In this document: positions 40,915 through 51,692 of the stretch, piece after piece
Layout: each line of letters begins with the position of its first letter
Numbering within the stretch: the stretch's first letter is position 1
DNA from: Promethearchaeota archaeon
GTDB taxonomy: Archaea; Asgardarchaeota; Lokiarchaeia; Sigyniarchaeales; SOKP01
Reading direction: 5' to 3'
DNA length: 64,000 nt
Assembly: GCA_030599585.1 (NCBI GenBank)
Contig: JAUVNS010000005.1
Location: forward strand, 160,001 to 224,000
Position numbers and translations under genes: made by a program
The notes under the pieces: generated by a model
Databases searched by the model: none
Told to the model about the DNA's origin: nothing
The model's input: the letters and a program-made list of their open reading frames with translations, nothing else

Positions 40915-42039
40915 ATGAGATCAAAACTAAAACTCAAGGGATATCAGTTCACCCTTATAGCTATTATTATACTATTTTCTATCATTATTAACTTTCGAGG
41001 AGAATTTAACTCGGATAAGGGCTCTAATCAATTGGATACTTTCCAGATAAGTGAAATAAATGCAGAAGAATTGAAAACTTCACCAATTTCAGGAAAAATT
41101 AGTGTAAACGGCAATTCAGATTGGATAAATTTAAAAAACGCCGGAAAGTGTACCGGATTAGGTACTTCTTCAAACCCTTATATCGTAAAGGATTTTGTAA
41201 TAGATGGAGGAAATTCAGGCAGTTGTATTGAGATAAGGAATACAGATGTGTATTTTGAAATTAAAAATTGTACCCTCTATAATTCAGGAGGAATTTGGGG
41301 TAATGGCGGAATCAGATTTGGTGAACTTGTTAGTAATGGTTTGGTGATTAACAATACAATATATGATTCTTATAATGGTATATTTATCGAATTTGGTACT
41401 AATCTCAATATATCAAAAAATAACATATTCAACAACTCGGGCGCTGGGATACATTTGTTCAATAGTCTTAATAATGAAATCTCAGAAAACATTATATTAA
41501 CAAATAATCAAGGAATAATCCTATCTAATAGTAGTTCAAATACTATCTCAGGAAACGAAGTAAGCAATAATGTTAATGTAGGAATAACAATAATGGATAA
41601 AAGTAAAGATAACAAGGTTTTAGGAAATGTCTTTAATAAACATGGCGGAGTAGGAATAGACATAATTTTTAGCTCTAGGAATGAAATCCGTTCGAATACA
41701 ATTACAAACAATACGATAGGAATTATATTAGATGAAAATTCTATGTGCAATGAATATTCAAATAATATTTTTGACGGAAATAACGATGATATTCAAGATA
41801 ACCAAGCAGTTTGCATTATTGAGAATCCTTTCATTGTTGAAATCACCATTGCGTTAGGAATCGTTTTTATCAGCATAATAATTGCTACAGGGTTAATACT
41901 AAAAAGAAGAAAGTCAACTATTGAAGTCAAACGGTTTAAAAAGCATAATAAACGAGAAGCTGAGGAGAACCTTTTAGTAGAAAAGAGAAAAAACCCGATC
42001 AAATTAGAGTTCGTTGAAACTGAAGAATCAAAAGAATAA
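40915..42039 (+). CDS. NosD/CASH parallel beta-helix surface protein
   Basis: N-terminal TM/signal, GTSSNPYI, repeated GI.L..S.NN.I..N units, C-terminal TM helix. Confidence 0.88.
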   Translation: MRSKLKLKGYQFTLIAIIILFSIIINFRGEFNSDKGSNQLDTFQISEINAEELKTSPISGKISVNGNSDWINLKNAGKCTGLGTSSNPYIVKDFVIDGGNSGSCIEIRNTDVYFEIKNCTLYNSGGIWGNGGIRFGELVSNGLVINNTIYDSYNGIFIEFGTNLNISKNNIFNNSGAGIHLFNSLNNEISENIILTNNQGIILSNSSSNTISGNEVSNNVNVGITIMDKSKDNKVLGNVFNKHGGVGIDIIFSSRNEIRSNTITNNTIGIILDENSMCNEYSNNIFDGNNDDIQDNQAVCIIENPFIVEITIALGIVFISIIIATGLILKRRKSTIEVKRFKKHNKREAEENLLVEKRKNPIKLEFVETEESKE

Positions 42040-42101
42040 AATATTAAGAAAAAATTAAAAGAAAAATAGAAAGAAAAAATAAATTTAAGAAATTGATTGG
42101 T

Positions 42102-43787
42102 TTACATCATACCCGGTGGCATACCACCCATGCCTCCCATACCTGGAGGCATTCCACCCATACCACCCATACCTGGAGGCATTCCTCCTGGTGGACCTGC
42201 GCTTTTCGCTCCTGCAATAACATCGTCGATTCGTAAAATCATTGAGGCTGCTTCGGTAGAGCTTTTTATCGCTTGAATTTTCACTATTGTTGGTTCAACT
42301 ACGCCTACAGACGCCATGTCGTTAATTACATTGCCAGTTTCTAAGTCGTGCCCCGCAAACTTGTTTCCTGCTTGATGAGCGGCTCGTAATTTCATTAACA
42401 CGTCAATCTGGTCTAATCCTGCGTTTTCTGCGAGCGTTTTAGGGATGATATCTAAGGTATCGGCAAAAACTTCTACTGCGAGTTGCTCTCGCCCTCCAAG
42501 AGTTTGAGCATATTTTCTTAATTGAATTGCAGTTTCGATTTCTGGAGCTCCTCCACCGCCGACGATTTTTTGGTCTTCGACAACATCTCTTGTTACGCAT
42601 AAAGCGTCGTGTATAGCTCTATCGACTTCGTCTATGATGAGTTCAGTTCCACCTCGAATTAAAATTACAACTGATTTAGGATCTTTACATTCTTCGATAA
42701 AAATCCAGCTATCGTTCATAATTTTGCGTTCTTCGACTAATCCAGCGAATCCGAGCTTTTCTGGAGTGATATCGTTGAGATTGGTGTAGATCATTCCGCC
42801 AGTAGCTTTAGAAAGCTTTTCTATATCAGACTTTTTGACTCGTCTAATAGCCATTATTCCCGCTTTAGATAAGAAATGTTGTGCCATATCGTCGATTCCC
42901 TTTTGACAAACTACTACTTTTGCTCCAGAGTTCACGATTTTGTCAACCATGCTTCGAAGCATGCGTTCTTCTTCATCTAGGAATTGTTGAATTTGTTCTG
43001 GGCTCGTTATTTGGAGCTTAGCGTCAAACTCAGTTTTTTCAATTTCTATAGCGCTCTGTAATAAAAGTACCTTAGCGTCTTTAACGATTTTAGGCATTCC
43101 GGGGCTGACAACTTCTTTATCCAAAATAATACCTTTAATGAGGGACGTTTCGTCAATTGACTCTCCCTCTTTTTTTTGGATTTGAACTTTATCGATATCA
43201 GCAACCCATTTACCGTCTTCGCCTTTTTCGGCTACCGCCTTTATTGCATCGATGCAAATGTCAGCTAGCATATCTCTTGATTCAGAAACGATTTTAGAAG
43301 ACATGCAAGTCATTGCAGAGTTCTTTAACCCTTCATTATCGTCAATTCCGCTTTTGATCGACATTTCTTCTAAGATTTCAATCGCTTTCTCAGCAGCCTT
43401 TCGGAATCCCTCAGTAATAACTGTTGGGTGAATCTTCTGTTTTAAAAGCTTTTCTGCGCGTTTTAATAGTTCTCCAGCAAGGATTACAGACGTAGTTGTG
43501 CCATCTCCTACTTCGGAGTCTTGAGTTTTAGCAACTTCAACCATCATTTTAGCTGCAGGATGTTGGACATCAATCTCTTTTAAGATTGTGGCGCCATCGT
43601 TGGTTATTACAACATCTCCGAACTGGTCGACGAGCATTTTATCCATTCCGCGAGGTCCTAGTGATGTTCGCACCGCTTCAGCGATAACTTTTGCCGCAGC
43701 AATGTTATTTTCCATAGCGTCTCTTCCACGAGTTCTTTCGGTCCCTTCCCTCATAATAAGGATAGGTTGACCGCCTAATTGTGCCAT
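42102..43787 (-). CDS. ths: Thermosome subunit (group II chaperonin)
   Basis: [26 protein letters not shown]-rich tail. Confidence 0.97.
   Translation of the reverse strand: MAQLGGQPILIMREGTERTRGRDAMENNIAAAKVIAEAVRTSLGPRGMDKMLVDQFGDVVITNDGATILKEIDVQHPAAKMMVEVAKTQDSEVGDGTTTSVILAGELLKRAEKLLKQKIHPTVITEGFRKAAEKAIEILEEMSIKSGIDDNEGLKNSAMTCMSSKIVSESRDMLADICIDAIKAVAEKGEDGKWVADIDKVQIQKKEGESIDETSLIKGIILDKEVVSPGMPKIVKDAKVLLLQSAIEIEKTEFDAKLQITSPEQIQQFLDEEERMLRSMVDKIVNSGAKVVVCQKGIDDMAQHFLSKAGIMAIRRVKKSDIEKLSKATGGMIYTNLNDITPEKLGFAGLVEERKIMNDSWIFIEECKDPKSVVILIRGGTELIIDEVDRAIHDALCVTRDVVEDQKIVGGGGAPEIETAIQLRKYAQTLGGREQLAVEVFADTLDIIPKTLAENAGLDQIDVLMKLRAAHQAGNKFAGHDLETGNVINDMASVGVVEPTIVKIQAIKSSTEAASMILRIDDVIAGAKSAGPPGGMPPGMGGMGGMPPGMGGMGGMPPGMM
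42105..42192 (-). repeat. GGMPP/GMG coding repeats in the thermosome tail
   Basis: [30 protein letters not shown]. Confidence 0.9.
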
Positions 43788-43866
43788 ATTAAATTCACAC
43801 TATTTTGTTTTTTTTTAAAATAATTATTAATTATATAATGATCTCTAAGTCATAAAATTAAAAAAG

Positions 43867-43897
43867 TTTACGGAAAATATAATTTTTGAACCGTAAA
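43867..43897. promoter_or_regulatory. Inverted repeat upstream of the thermosome gene
   Basis: TTTACGG-N17-CCGTAAA with an inner AAAAT-ATA-ATTTT. Confidence 0.35.
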
Positions 43898-43963
43898 GGG
43901 GTAAGCCTATAAAATATTAGGGGTAGGAATAGATTCTTGCAAGAAGTAGAAGCATTTTTTTCT

Positions 43964-44125
43964 TTATTTTTGAAGGTCTCTTTTCTTGAGTCTCAAATCT
44001 TTAGATCTGCATCTACGACATTTTTTAGCTTTGATGGGGTTCAGTGCTCCACATTTTCTGCAAACCGTCTTCATAAGAAGGTGGTGTCTAGCTATTTTTC
44101 TTTTGTAGGGGTCATCAATGGGCAT
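43964..44125 (-). CDS. rpl40e: 50S ribosomal protein eL40
   Basis: VCRKCGALNP..A.KCRRC...LR.KK; start placed at the ATG at 44125 (53 aa). Confidence 0.95.
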   Translation of the reverse strand: MPIDDPYKRKIARHHLLMKTVCRKCGALNPIKAKKCRRCRSKDLRLKKRDLQK

Positions 44126-44368
44126 AATATAATCTCCTTTGCTACCAATCGTTATTGCGAATTTTTTAGTTCTTAAAATGCTTTTCTTTTTGAACTTATT
44201 TTGTAGTAATACAAGTTGCAACTTAAGAATAATTTTAAAAACAATTAAAGGCTAAAAAATTTTTTGATATGGGATAGAAATATAGAAATAAAGTAAAAAT
44301 TAAAATTTTATAAATAATTTTAGGATTTAACTTAGAATAAGTAAAAATTCATAGTTAATTGAAAAATT

Positions 44369-44563
44369 ATGCCGAAAGAGATATTTGACGAAGAGAAGTT
44401 CTTAGAATTAGCAGAGATTGCGATCCACTGTCGCGTTAAGAGAGTTAAAGACGTTGTAAAGTTGAAACTAAGGACAAAGAAGCGTCTTTACACCTATAAA
44501 ACTGATCCTATAACTGCTGATAGGTTAGTAAGAGGGTTAACTTGCGATATAATCGAGTTATAA
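44369..44563 (+). CDS. rpl38e: 50S ribosomal protein eL38
   Basis: MPKEI...KF...RVKR...VKLKLRT...LYT pattern. Confidence 0.9.
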   Translation: MPKEIFDEEKFLELAEIAIHCRVKRVKDVVKLKLRTKKRLYTYKTDPITADRLVRGLTCDIIEL

Positions 44564-44596
44564 ATGACTATTAATTGATTTACTGGTATTGATAAA

Positions 44597-45106
44597 ATGA
44601 AGAATCTTCCTGCGTGCAAAACATGTGTAAATTCCGGATTTTTATGTTCTAGTTGTCAAGAAAAACTAGATACCGAAATTCTTACTCAATTTGAGTTAGA
44701 TTTAGCTAAGGATTTGCTTGTTTTGGAGGAGGAGGAACAGTTTAGTTTTTTAAAAAATATATCTTTCTATAAAGCAATTGATTTCGAAGATGTAGTAATT
44801 TTTGTAATCGGTAAAAAGGATAAGCTCAAAATAAACCAGAAACTTATTAACTGGTTAAAAGAAACGTACGAAGTCGACGAATTAATATTAGTGGAGCAGA
44901 CTAAAAATCCTAGAGCTGCGTTAGAAAGTTTGATAACGCCGAGTAAATTAATTTCTTTAAACGAGATATTTTTAGCGACAGGAGATGTTGAATTTAAAGG
45001 AGTTTTGAGTAAGAATGATAAAGATGCGATCTTATTTACTAAAGAAGAGCTTGAAGAATTAATCGTTGAACTCACCGGTAATACAATTCGCATTGAATAT
45101 CAATAG
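44597..45106 (+). CDS. Archaeal NusA-related Zn-finger/KH protein
   Basis: N-terminal P.C..C..SG.LC..C followed by a degenerate KH-like region. Confidence 0.75.
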   Translation: MKNLPACKTCVNSGFLCSSCQEKLDTEILTQFELDLAKDLLVLEEEEQFSFLKNISFYKAIDFEDVVIFVIGKKDKLKINQKLINWLKETYEVDELILVEQTKNPRAALESLITPSKLISLNEIFLATGDVEFKGVLSKNDKDAILFTKEELEELIVELTGNTIRIEYQ

Positions 45107-45156
45107 TTTTTAGTGTATTATATCTTAATTTCTTATTTAAACAGGTTAAATGAATT

Positions 45157-45513
45157 GTGGATGAATATAAACAAGTTATTTTAATAAGGACCGATTTGAA
45201 GATGGGCACAGGCAAAAAATGTGCGCAATCGTGTCACGCTTCAATTTCTTCTGCGGATATCGTTAGAGTAAAAAATAAGGATGCATGGAAGAAATGGAAA
45301 AACAGTGGGCAGAAGAAAGTAGTACTGCGAGTTTCTGGCATAGAGGATTTAAGTGAAATTATACAAAAATTAGACAAAGCCAAAATCCTCTATTTTTTAG
45401 TTAGAGACGCAGGTTTAACGCAGTTATCCCCTGGAACAACAACAGCGTTAGGAATTGGGCCAGCACTGTCAACTGCCTTGGATAAAATCACTGGGGAATT
45501 GAAGCTACTTTAA
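45157..45513 (+). CDS. pth2: Peptidyl-tRNA hydrolase Pth2
   Basis: [41 protein letters not shown]. Confidence 0.96.
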   Translation: MDEYKQVILIRTDLKMGTGKKCAQSCHASISSADIVRVKNKDAWKKWKNSGQKKVVLRVSGIEDLSEIIQKLDKAKILYFLVRDAGLTQLSPGTTTALGIGPALSTALDKITGELKLL

Positions 45514-45537
45514 TTTATTACTTATAGGCTGGATGAA

Positions 45538-46923
45538 TTGGTTGAAGAAAATATTACTTCCATAGGACCTACAAACCTCAGCAAGAGAAAAATGGAAAAA
45601 ATTGTTGGAATCGAAGTTTTTTCTTCTTCTTCTCATGAGGGTATTCAAGGTAGAATTAAAAAACGTTATAAAGATTTTATTGTCAGAGAGATAACCCATT
45701 CGGGAAGAGTTCTTGAAATAAAAGAGGATTTTGGCCCAGTTAATTTTTCTGAAGATAATAAAGATAATTACACCCTTTTCAATATAATAAAAGTTAATAA
45801 GGATACATTTGAAGCAATAAGATTAATTAGTAAAGCCTTAGATATTCCACCAAAATCGATAGGATATGCAGGATTAAAAGATAAACGATCCATAAGTGTC
45901 CAAATGGCTTCCCTTCGAGGTAATTATGTTAATAAATTGAAGAACTTGAAATTGGACAATATATATATTAGAAACATATTTCCTTCAAAGAATTCTATTA
46001 AATTAGGGCATAACTGGGGGAACCACTTTGTTATAACCTTAAGGGACATCAAACATGTGCCTGATCAAATCAAAAAAATAGAAGAGTTATTTAATTACTT
46101 GCGTAATCACGGTTTTCCAAACTATTACGGGCTTCAGCGATTTGGTACATTTAGACCGAATTCTCATATAATCGGGAGATTAATTTTAGAAGACCAGTTT
46201 AAGAAGGCATATGAAGAGTTTGTGATAAATGATTACCCCACAGAATTACCTCAGTCTCAAAAAGTAAGGGCAGAATTAGCAAAGACGGGCGATCTAGATA
46301 AAGCCCTTAACTCTTTTCCTTCAGGCCTTGAGTATGAAAGAATAATGATTAAATTCTTAATAGATAATCCGGGGGATTATGAGGGAGCTGTTTACCAACT
46401 ACCCAAGTATCTCATCAAATTACTAATCAGTTCGTTTCAATCTTATTTGTTTAATAAAATGGTGTCGTTACGTGTTTATCAAGGAAATTCTTTATATAAT
46501 CCAATAAAAGGTGATGTCATTAGTATACTAGACGAAGAAAATGGGAATATAACAAAAATAAAACACACATACGGCGGATTCTATGATGAATATCTGCAGG
46601 AAGCGAGAAAACTGAATCGGGCAAAAATATTAGCTCCTCTTGTAGGATATAATACTAATCTTGACGATTTTCCCTATATGAAGACCTTATTTTTAGAGAT
46701 AATTAAGAACGACGGTATCTCTTTAAATCTTTTCAAAAATAAATTGTTAGAAATGCATGAATTCAAGGGTTCTTTTAGACCTATAATAGTAAAACCTATA
46801 GGTTTAAAAAAACTCGAATATTCTATCGATGATCTTTTCCCAAATAGATACAAGATGAAAATAGAATTTTCTCTTCAGAAAGGCTCTTATGCTACATTAC
46901 TTCTACGTGAAATAGTAAAATAA
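45538..46923 (+). CDS. truD: tRNA pseudouridine(13) synthase TruD
   Basis: DFIVRE, GYAGLKDK, GNHF, FPNYYGLQRFG, GSYAT motifs. Confidence 0.95.
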   Translation: MVEENITSIGPTNLSKRKMEKIVGIEVFSSSSHEGIQGRIKKRYKDFIVREITHSGRVLEIKEDFGPVNFSEDNKDNYTLFNIIKVNKDTFEAIRLISKALDIPPKSIGYAGLKDKRSISVQMASLRGNYVNKLKNLKLDNIYIRNIFPSKNSIKLGHNWGNHFVITLRDIKHVPDQIKKIEELFNYLRNHGFPNYYGLQRFGTFRPNSHIIGRLILEDQFKKAYEEFVINDYPTELPQSQKVRAELAKTGDLDKALNSFPSGLEYERIMIKFLIDNPGDYEGAVYQLPKYLIKLLISSFQSYLFNKMVSLRVYQGNSLYNPIKGDVISILDEENGNITKIKHTYGGFYDEYLQEARKLNRAKILAPLVGYNTNLDDFPYMKTLFLEIIKNDGISLNLFKNKLLEMHEFKGSFRPIIVKPIGLKKLEYSIDDLFPNRYKMKIEFSLQKGSYATLLLREIVK

Positions 46924-46927
46924 GAAT

Positions 46928-48475
46928 TTAGGTAATAAATACATCGTAATCTTGAATGGTTTCATTACCAAGAATATCGTTTACTTTTATAGAAATTTTG
47001 TGTGCTCCTTTCTCCTCGTAGTTATATGGAACTGAGGTTAAGCTCAGTTTACGATTTTTTAACGTTCGATATGAAATCCAAGCTGTGGTAAAACTATGTT
47101 CTTGATAGTTAAAATCAATAGACCAGCTATCTATCCAATCTGTGAATATTCTTATTTTGTCTTTAACTCTTTCTTTAATTAAATTTAAATTTGAAACGAT
47201 AAAATCTACTAGATCAACTGTTATTTTAGAGCCCTTTTTTGATATTTGAACAACAAATTTGGAATCTTGGATTAAAGAGATCACATCTTTATTTCCTATA
47301 TTCTTAACGAGGAAATCTTTGTGTATATTTATTATTTGCTTAAAATCATTAGTTTTCATGATTTCAAAGGGTTGAGCTCGCCTTAAATATTTTTTTTTCC
47401 AATCCATCAAATCATTACTATTCCACACATCAAAAATTCTCTTGCGGCTAATATTTATGGCCTGCTTTGCGATATCTGAACCAATCCACCGTCTACCAAG
47501 TTTTTCCGCAACCGCTAGGGATGTTCCAGTCCCACAGAAAAAATCAGCTACAATGTCGTCTTTATTTGAAGACGCGAGTATAATTCTTTTCAAAAGTCGT
47601 TCGGGTTTTTGGGTTGAAAATGCTTGATATTCCATTGTATTTGCTCTAATGTAGGGAATATCCGTCCAAACATCACGAGGAAAGATGCCTTTATTAGTGA
47701 TATAAACCTTTTGTGAAAGTCTTATACCATTGTGACTTCCACCCCGATAATAGAACATCCCTTTCTCGTCTTCTTTTAATGCAAACTTAACGCGATCAGA
47801 ATATTCCATGTAGATTTCGGGATCGTCGTTAAAAGTGTAATCATTTGATTTAGTATAAAATAAAATCGTATCAAAAGAACGGATAAAGAATCTCCTCGTT
47901 TTAGCTGAAGCTGCAGGATACGCCCAGATTAGAGAATTTTGGAAATTTTCTTTTCCAAAGATTTCGTCCATTATTACTTTAATGTAATGCGAAACATGCC
48001 AATCTAAATGAACATAAATACTACCCTTTTCAGAAAGGAGATTCCTCATTAGCAATAATCTTTCGTAAAGAAATTCAATATACTCATCAATTCCTCCATC
48101 CCATATATCAGAGTAAGCCTTTTTTTTCTCGAATGTTTTTCCCTCCCCGATAAATGTTTTTGACTCAAATTTGCCCCCTGTTGCATAAGGTGGATCAATA
48201 TATATAAGTTTAATCTTGTTTGAAAATGTAGGAATCAACGATCTCAGGATGCTTATATTTTCACCCCAAATTAGTAAATTATTCCAATCCATCAATTTTT
48301 TTTTATGTTCGTGGCTCTGTGATCGCTTAACTTTTAGTAAATCTTCATTGAAATTATTATTGCCTATTACAGGGTTTTTATTAGACTCTAACACTTGAAA
48401 TTCGGAGACATCTTGAGAAATATTAAATTTTTGAGTGTGTTTTTCATCTTTTTTTTTCCAATTTAGTTTGGGCAT
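46928..48475 (-). CDS. Amino-DNA methyltransferase, beta class (type III Mod-like), no restriction partner nearby
   Basis: YIDPPY precedes TQKPE and DFFCGTGT; C-terminal DWIDSWSIDFNY domain. Confidence 0.9.
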   Translation of the reverse strand: MPKLNWKKKDEKHTQKFNISQDVSEFQVLESNKNPVIGNNNFNEDLLKVKRSQSHEHKKKLMDWNNLLIWGENISILRSLIPTFSNKIKLIYIDPPYATGGKFESKTFIGEGKTFEKKKAYSDIWDGGIDEYIEFLYERLLLMRNLLSEKGSIYVHLDWHVSHYIKVIMDEIFGKENFQNSLIWAYPAASAKTRRFFIRSFDTILFYTKSNDYTFNDDPEIYMEYSDRVKFALKEDEKGMFYYRGGSHNGIRLSQKVYITNKGIFPRDVWTDIPYIRANTMEYQAFSTQKPERLLKRIILASSNKDDIVADFFCGTGTSLAVAEKLGRRWIGSDIAKQAINISRKRIFDVWNSNDLMDWKKKYLRRAQPFEIMKTNDFKQIINIHKDFLVKNIGNKDVISLIQDSKFVVQISKKGSKITVDLVDFIVSNLNLIKERVKDKIRIFTDWIDSWSIDFNYQEHSFTTAWISYRTLKNRKLSLTSVPYNYEEKGAHKISIKVNDILGNETIQDYDVFIT

Positions 48476-48563
48476 TATTAATCGTCACTAAGATGGCAAA
48501 AAATTTATTCTTACTTTCCTTTTAAAAAATAATTTTAAGTAATTAATGATCAAACACAAAACC

Positions 48564-49886
48564 ATGTCAAATGAAGAGATGGATGGATGGAGAAAAACTC
48601 ATTATACTAAAGATATTACTAAAGATTTAGTAGATAAGGAAGTAATTTTAGGAGGTTGGGTTAGAAATTATCGTGATTTAGGTGGTTTGAGGTTTATTAC
48701 TCTTCAAGATGTCTACGGAGAGCGCCAAGTCACCTTGAAAAAAGGTATAGTATCTGATGAGGTTTTCGAAAAAGCTAAAGTTGGATATCAATATTGCCTT
48801 ATGGTAAAAGGAACAGTTAAAGGCTTTGAAAAAGCTCCTGGTGGCATCGAAATTATTCCTAGCGAAATAAAGATTTTAAACAAAACTCCCGAAAAATTAC
48901 CAATCGATATGACGGGAGAAACCAGTACCGAATTAGATTTAAGGCTAAATAATAGAGCTTTAGATCTTAGATCAGTAAGGAATCAAGCAATTTTTGCGAT
49001 CAGAAGAGAAATTCTAAATTCCTCGAGAAATTTTTTACTTGATCACGATTTTAAAGAGATTTATACACCTAAAATTATTGGTTCAGCTACAGAAGGTGGA
49101 ACTGAACTATTTCCAATTATGTATTTTGATAGAGAAGCTTTTCTTACTCAATCTGCACAATTGTATAAAGAACAATTGAGCGGAGTATATGAGAGAGTAT
49201 TTGAGGTAGGTCCAAGCTTTAGAGCTGAGAAAAGTCATACTAAACGCCACTTATGTGAAATTGTGCAGCTGGATCTGGAAATGGCATTTGCTGATATGAG
49301 GGATGTTCTAGAGATATTAGAAGAATTAGTTCAAAATGTCATAATCGGCGTTCGAGACAAGCAGATGTCTGCTTTAAAGCAGTTAGGAATGGAAAACAAG
49401 ACAGTCGTCCCTGAAATCCCGTTTCCAAGATATACTTATGAAGAATTACTTGATCTATTAAATACTAAACTTAACATAACGATTGAGTGGGGAGAAGATT
49501 TATCAACCGAGGCTAATAGAAAACTCGGACAGGAAATCCCAGGTTATTACTATATAACTCACTGGCCTATGGCAATAAAACCATTCTACATTATGCCCTC
49601 AAAAAATCCAAAATTTAGCGAATCATTTGATTTACAAAAAGGTTGGCTAGAATTAACCTCTGGTGGTACGAGAGTCCATAATAAAGTGCAATTAGTAGAA
49701 GCTCTCGAAAATAAAGGACTTAATCCTCTAGCGTTTGAATCTCATCTTAAAACATTTGATTTTGGAATGCCTCCTCATGCTGGATTTGGCTTAGGAATAG
49801 CAAGATGGCTAACAGTTTTATGTGGATTAGAGGATATCAGAGAAGCGGTTATGTACCCTAGAACTCCTGAAAGATTGACCCCTTAA
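48564..49886 (+). CDS. aspS: Aspartyl-tRNA synthetase (archaeal type)
   Basis: OB-fold GWV...RDLG, QSAQLYK, FRAEKS, GMPPHAGFGLG, PRTP; start placed at the second ATG. Confidence 0.93.
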   Translation: MSNEEMDGWRKTHYTKDITKDLVDKEVILGGWVRNYRDLGGLRFITLQDVYGERQVTLKKGIVSDEVFEKAKVGYQYCLMVKGTVKGFEKAPGGIEIIPSEIKILNKTPEKLPIDMTGETSTELDLRLNNRALDLRSVRNQAIFAIRREILNSSRNFLLDHDFKEIYTPKIIGSATEGGTELFPIMYFDREAFLTQSAQLYKEQLSGVYERVFEVGPSFRAEKSHTKRHLCEIVQLDLEMAFADMRDVLEILEELVQNVIIGVRDKQMSALKQLGMENKTVVPEIPFPRYTYEELLDLLNTKLNITIEWGEDLSTEANRKLGQEIPGYYYITHWPMAIKPFYIMPSKNPKFSESFDLQKGWLELTSGGTRVHNKVQLVEALENKGLNPLAFESHLKTFDFGMPPHAGFGLGIARWLTVLCGLEDIREAVMYPRTPERLTP

Positions 49887-49921
49887 TTTAATTGAATGTT
49901 AACAAATAATTTTACAAGATC

Positions 49922-50833
49922 ATGGATGATAATTGTATCGAATCTTATATAAAAGCAGGTAAAGCGGTAAAGGCTGCTAAAGAATTAGCCAGAACCTTAA
50001 TTAAACCCGGAGTGACTTTTTTAGAAATAGCGAACAAATGTGAAGAAGAAATTATCAAGCAAGGATGCGAATTATCATTTCCTATAAATATGTCCCTTGA
50101 TAATCATGCTGCCCATTATAGCCCAACAATTGACGATCCAACAATTGTACCTGATAGAGGATTATTAAAAATAGATTTAGGGTCTCATTATGATGGTTAT
50201 ATTGCAGATTCTGCAATCACTATTAATATAAATGATGATCCCGAACTGCAAAACTATATTGATGCAGCTACGGAAGCGCTTGATGCTGCTATTAAACTTT
50301 TTAAGCCTGGAACAAAACTATATGAAATTGGAGAAGCGATTGCTGAAAAAATACTTAACCGAGGGTTGAGACCTATAACTAACCTTGGTGGCCACGAATT
50401 GAAACAGTACAATTTGCATGCGGGTCCATTTGTTCCTAACTTTAAAGATTTAAATCACAAAAAAGTTATTCAACCTGGTGAAGTTTACGCGTGTGAACCT
50501 TTCGCTACTTCTGGTGTAGGATTAGTAATCAACGGTAAGATATCTTATATTTATCGTTTTGCTAAGAGGGTCAAAAAAAACCTTCCATATGACGAATTAA
50601 ACTACATGAATAAAATAGAAAAACTGACTAATTCCTTACCATTCTCGCCACGTTTAATCGAAAAACATAATATCATCCCAAAAAACAAAATCCAAAAAAT
50701 AATTGAAGTTTTTATAAGAAAAAGAATATTAGATCATTACCCTCTTTTAATAGAAAAGACTGGTGCTCCAGTTGCTCAACAGGAGCATACAATACTAATA
50801 GATCTAGATGGAAATTCAATTGTCACCACTTAA
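49922..50833 (+). CDS. map: Methionine aminopeptidase type 2
   Basis: AAHYSP, KIDLG.H.DGYIADSA, NLGGH, EPFAT, Q.EHT motifs. Confidence 0.96.
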   Translation: MDDNCIESYIKAGKAVKAAKELARTLIKPGVTFLEIANKCEEEIIKQGCELSFPINMSLDNHAAHYSPTIDDPTIVPDRGLLKIDLGSHYDGYIADSAITININDDPELQNYIDAATEALDAAIKLFKPGTKLYEIGEAIAEKILNRGLRPITNLGGHELKQYNLHAGPFVPNFKDLNHKKVIQPGEVYACEPFATSGVGLVINGKISYIYRFAKRVKKNLPYDELNYMNKIEKLTNSLPFSPRLIEKHNIIPKNKIQKIIEVFIRKRILDHYPLLIEKTGAPVAQQEHTILIDLDGNSIVTT

Positions 50834-50843
50834 TACCAAATTT

Positions 50844-51692
50844 ATGGAAAATCTCACAATTGTTATTCTTTGTGCAGGTGAAGGGAAACGCGCTAAAGGA
50901 ATTGCGGATGATATCCCGAAGCCATTAATAAAAGTCGAATCATTAAAGAATCAATCTATTCTTACAATTCTAATATCACATTTATATAGATTTGGTATTA
51001 AACCAATTGTAATAGTAACTGGATACTTAGGTAAACAAATTGAGAAAAATATTATATCATCTCAAGCAAAAAACACTTCCAAAAGCGAAACGATAATAAT
51101 CATCAACGCTGGAAATCGATATAAGTTAGGCCCTTTGCATTCTTTTTTGAGCATAACAGGAAATAAACAGGTTTTTAAAACCAACGAACTTTTTCTAGTT
51201 ATTCCGGGAGATACAATTTTTGACTACAAGCTTATGGAAGAAATTTTAAATTTGCTTAAAGAAAATTACGATGAAGCTAATCAGAATTCCATTATTTTTT
51301 ACCGAAGAACTACCAAAATAGCATTAAATAAAGAGACCGAAAAATATAAACTAATGAGTAATAGAATGGTATCTTGTGTAAGAACCAAGGAAAAAGGCTC
51401 AAAACAATATGTCAAAGAAATATATAATAGAAATATGAATGCATCATCAGATGATGAAGAATTCAATCAGATTATCCCGGCGTTCATTATTACTTATGAT
51501 TACGTGAAAAATTTTGAGGATATTGCTAGTAAGATAAAATTGAATAAGATTGTTGATGCAATAAACTTATCAATCAAAAACGATATGGAATTTTCAGCGT
51601 GCAGGGTTAAATCAGATCATAATTTTTACGATATTGATACTGTTCTCGATTTAACATTTTTGAACAGGCATTATAAAAAAAGTGGACAATAG
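50844..51692 (+). CDS. Sugar-phosphate nucleotidyltransferase family protein
   Basis: ILCAGEGKR....PKPL, VTGY, PGD, DIDT motifs; start placed at the ATG at 50844. Confidence 0.8.
   Translation: MENLTIVILCAGEGKRAKGIADDIPKPLIKVESLKNQSILTILISHLYRFGIKPIVIVTGYLGKQIEKNIISSQAKNTSKSETIIIINAGNRYKLGPLHSFLSITGNKQVFKTNELFLVIPGDTIFDYKLMEEILNLLKENYDEANQNSIIFYRRTTKIALNKETEKYKLMSNRMVSCVRTKEKGSKQYVKEIYNRNMNASSDDEEFNQIIPAFIITYDYVKNFEDIASKIKLNKIVDAINLSIKNDMEFSACRVKSDHNFYDIDTVLDLTFLNRHYKKSGQ
51675..51681 (-). terminator. Oligo-T terminator of the candidate ncRNA
   Basis: T7 run 1 nt after the 3' strand of the terminal helix. Confidence 0.55.

Noticed and set aside
42105-42192. Short tandem repeats resembling an array
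   Set aside because: They encode the usual GGM chaperonin tail; no spacers, not CRISPR
44126-44221. N-terminal extension or ubiquitin fusion on eL40
   Set aside because: The extension is not ubiquitin-like; the ATG at 44125 gives a normal 53-aa eL40
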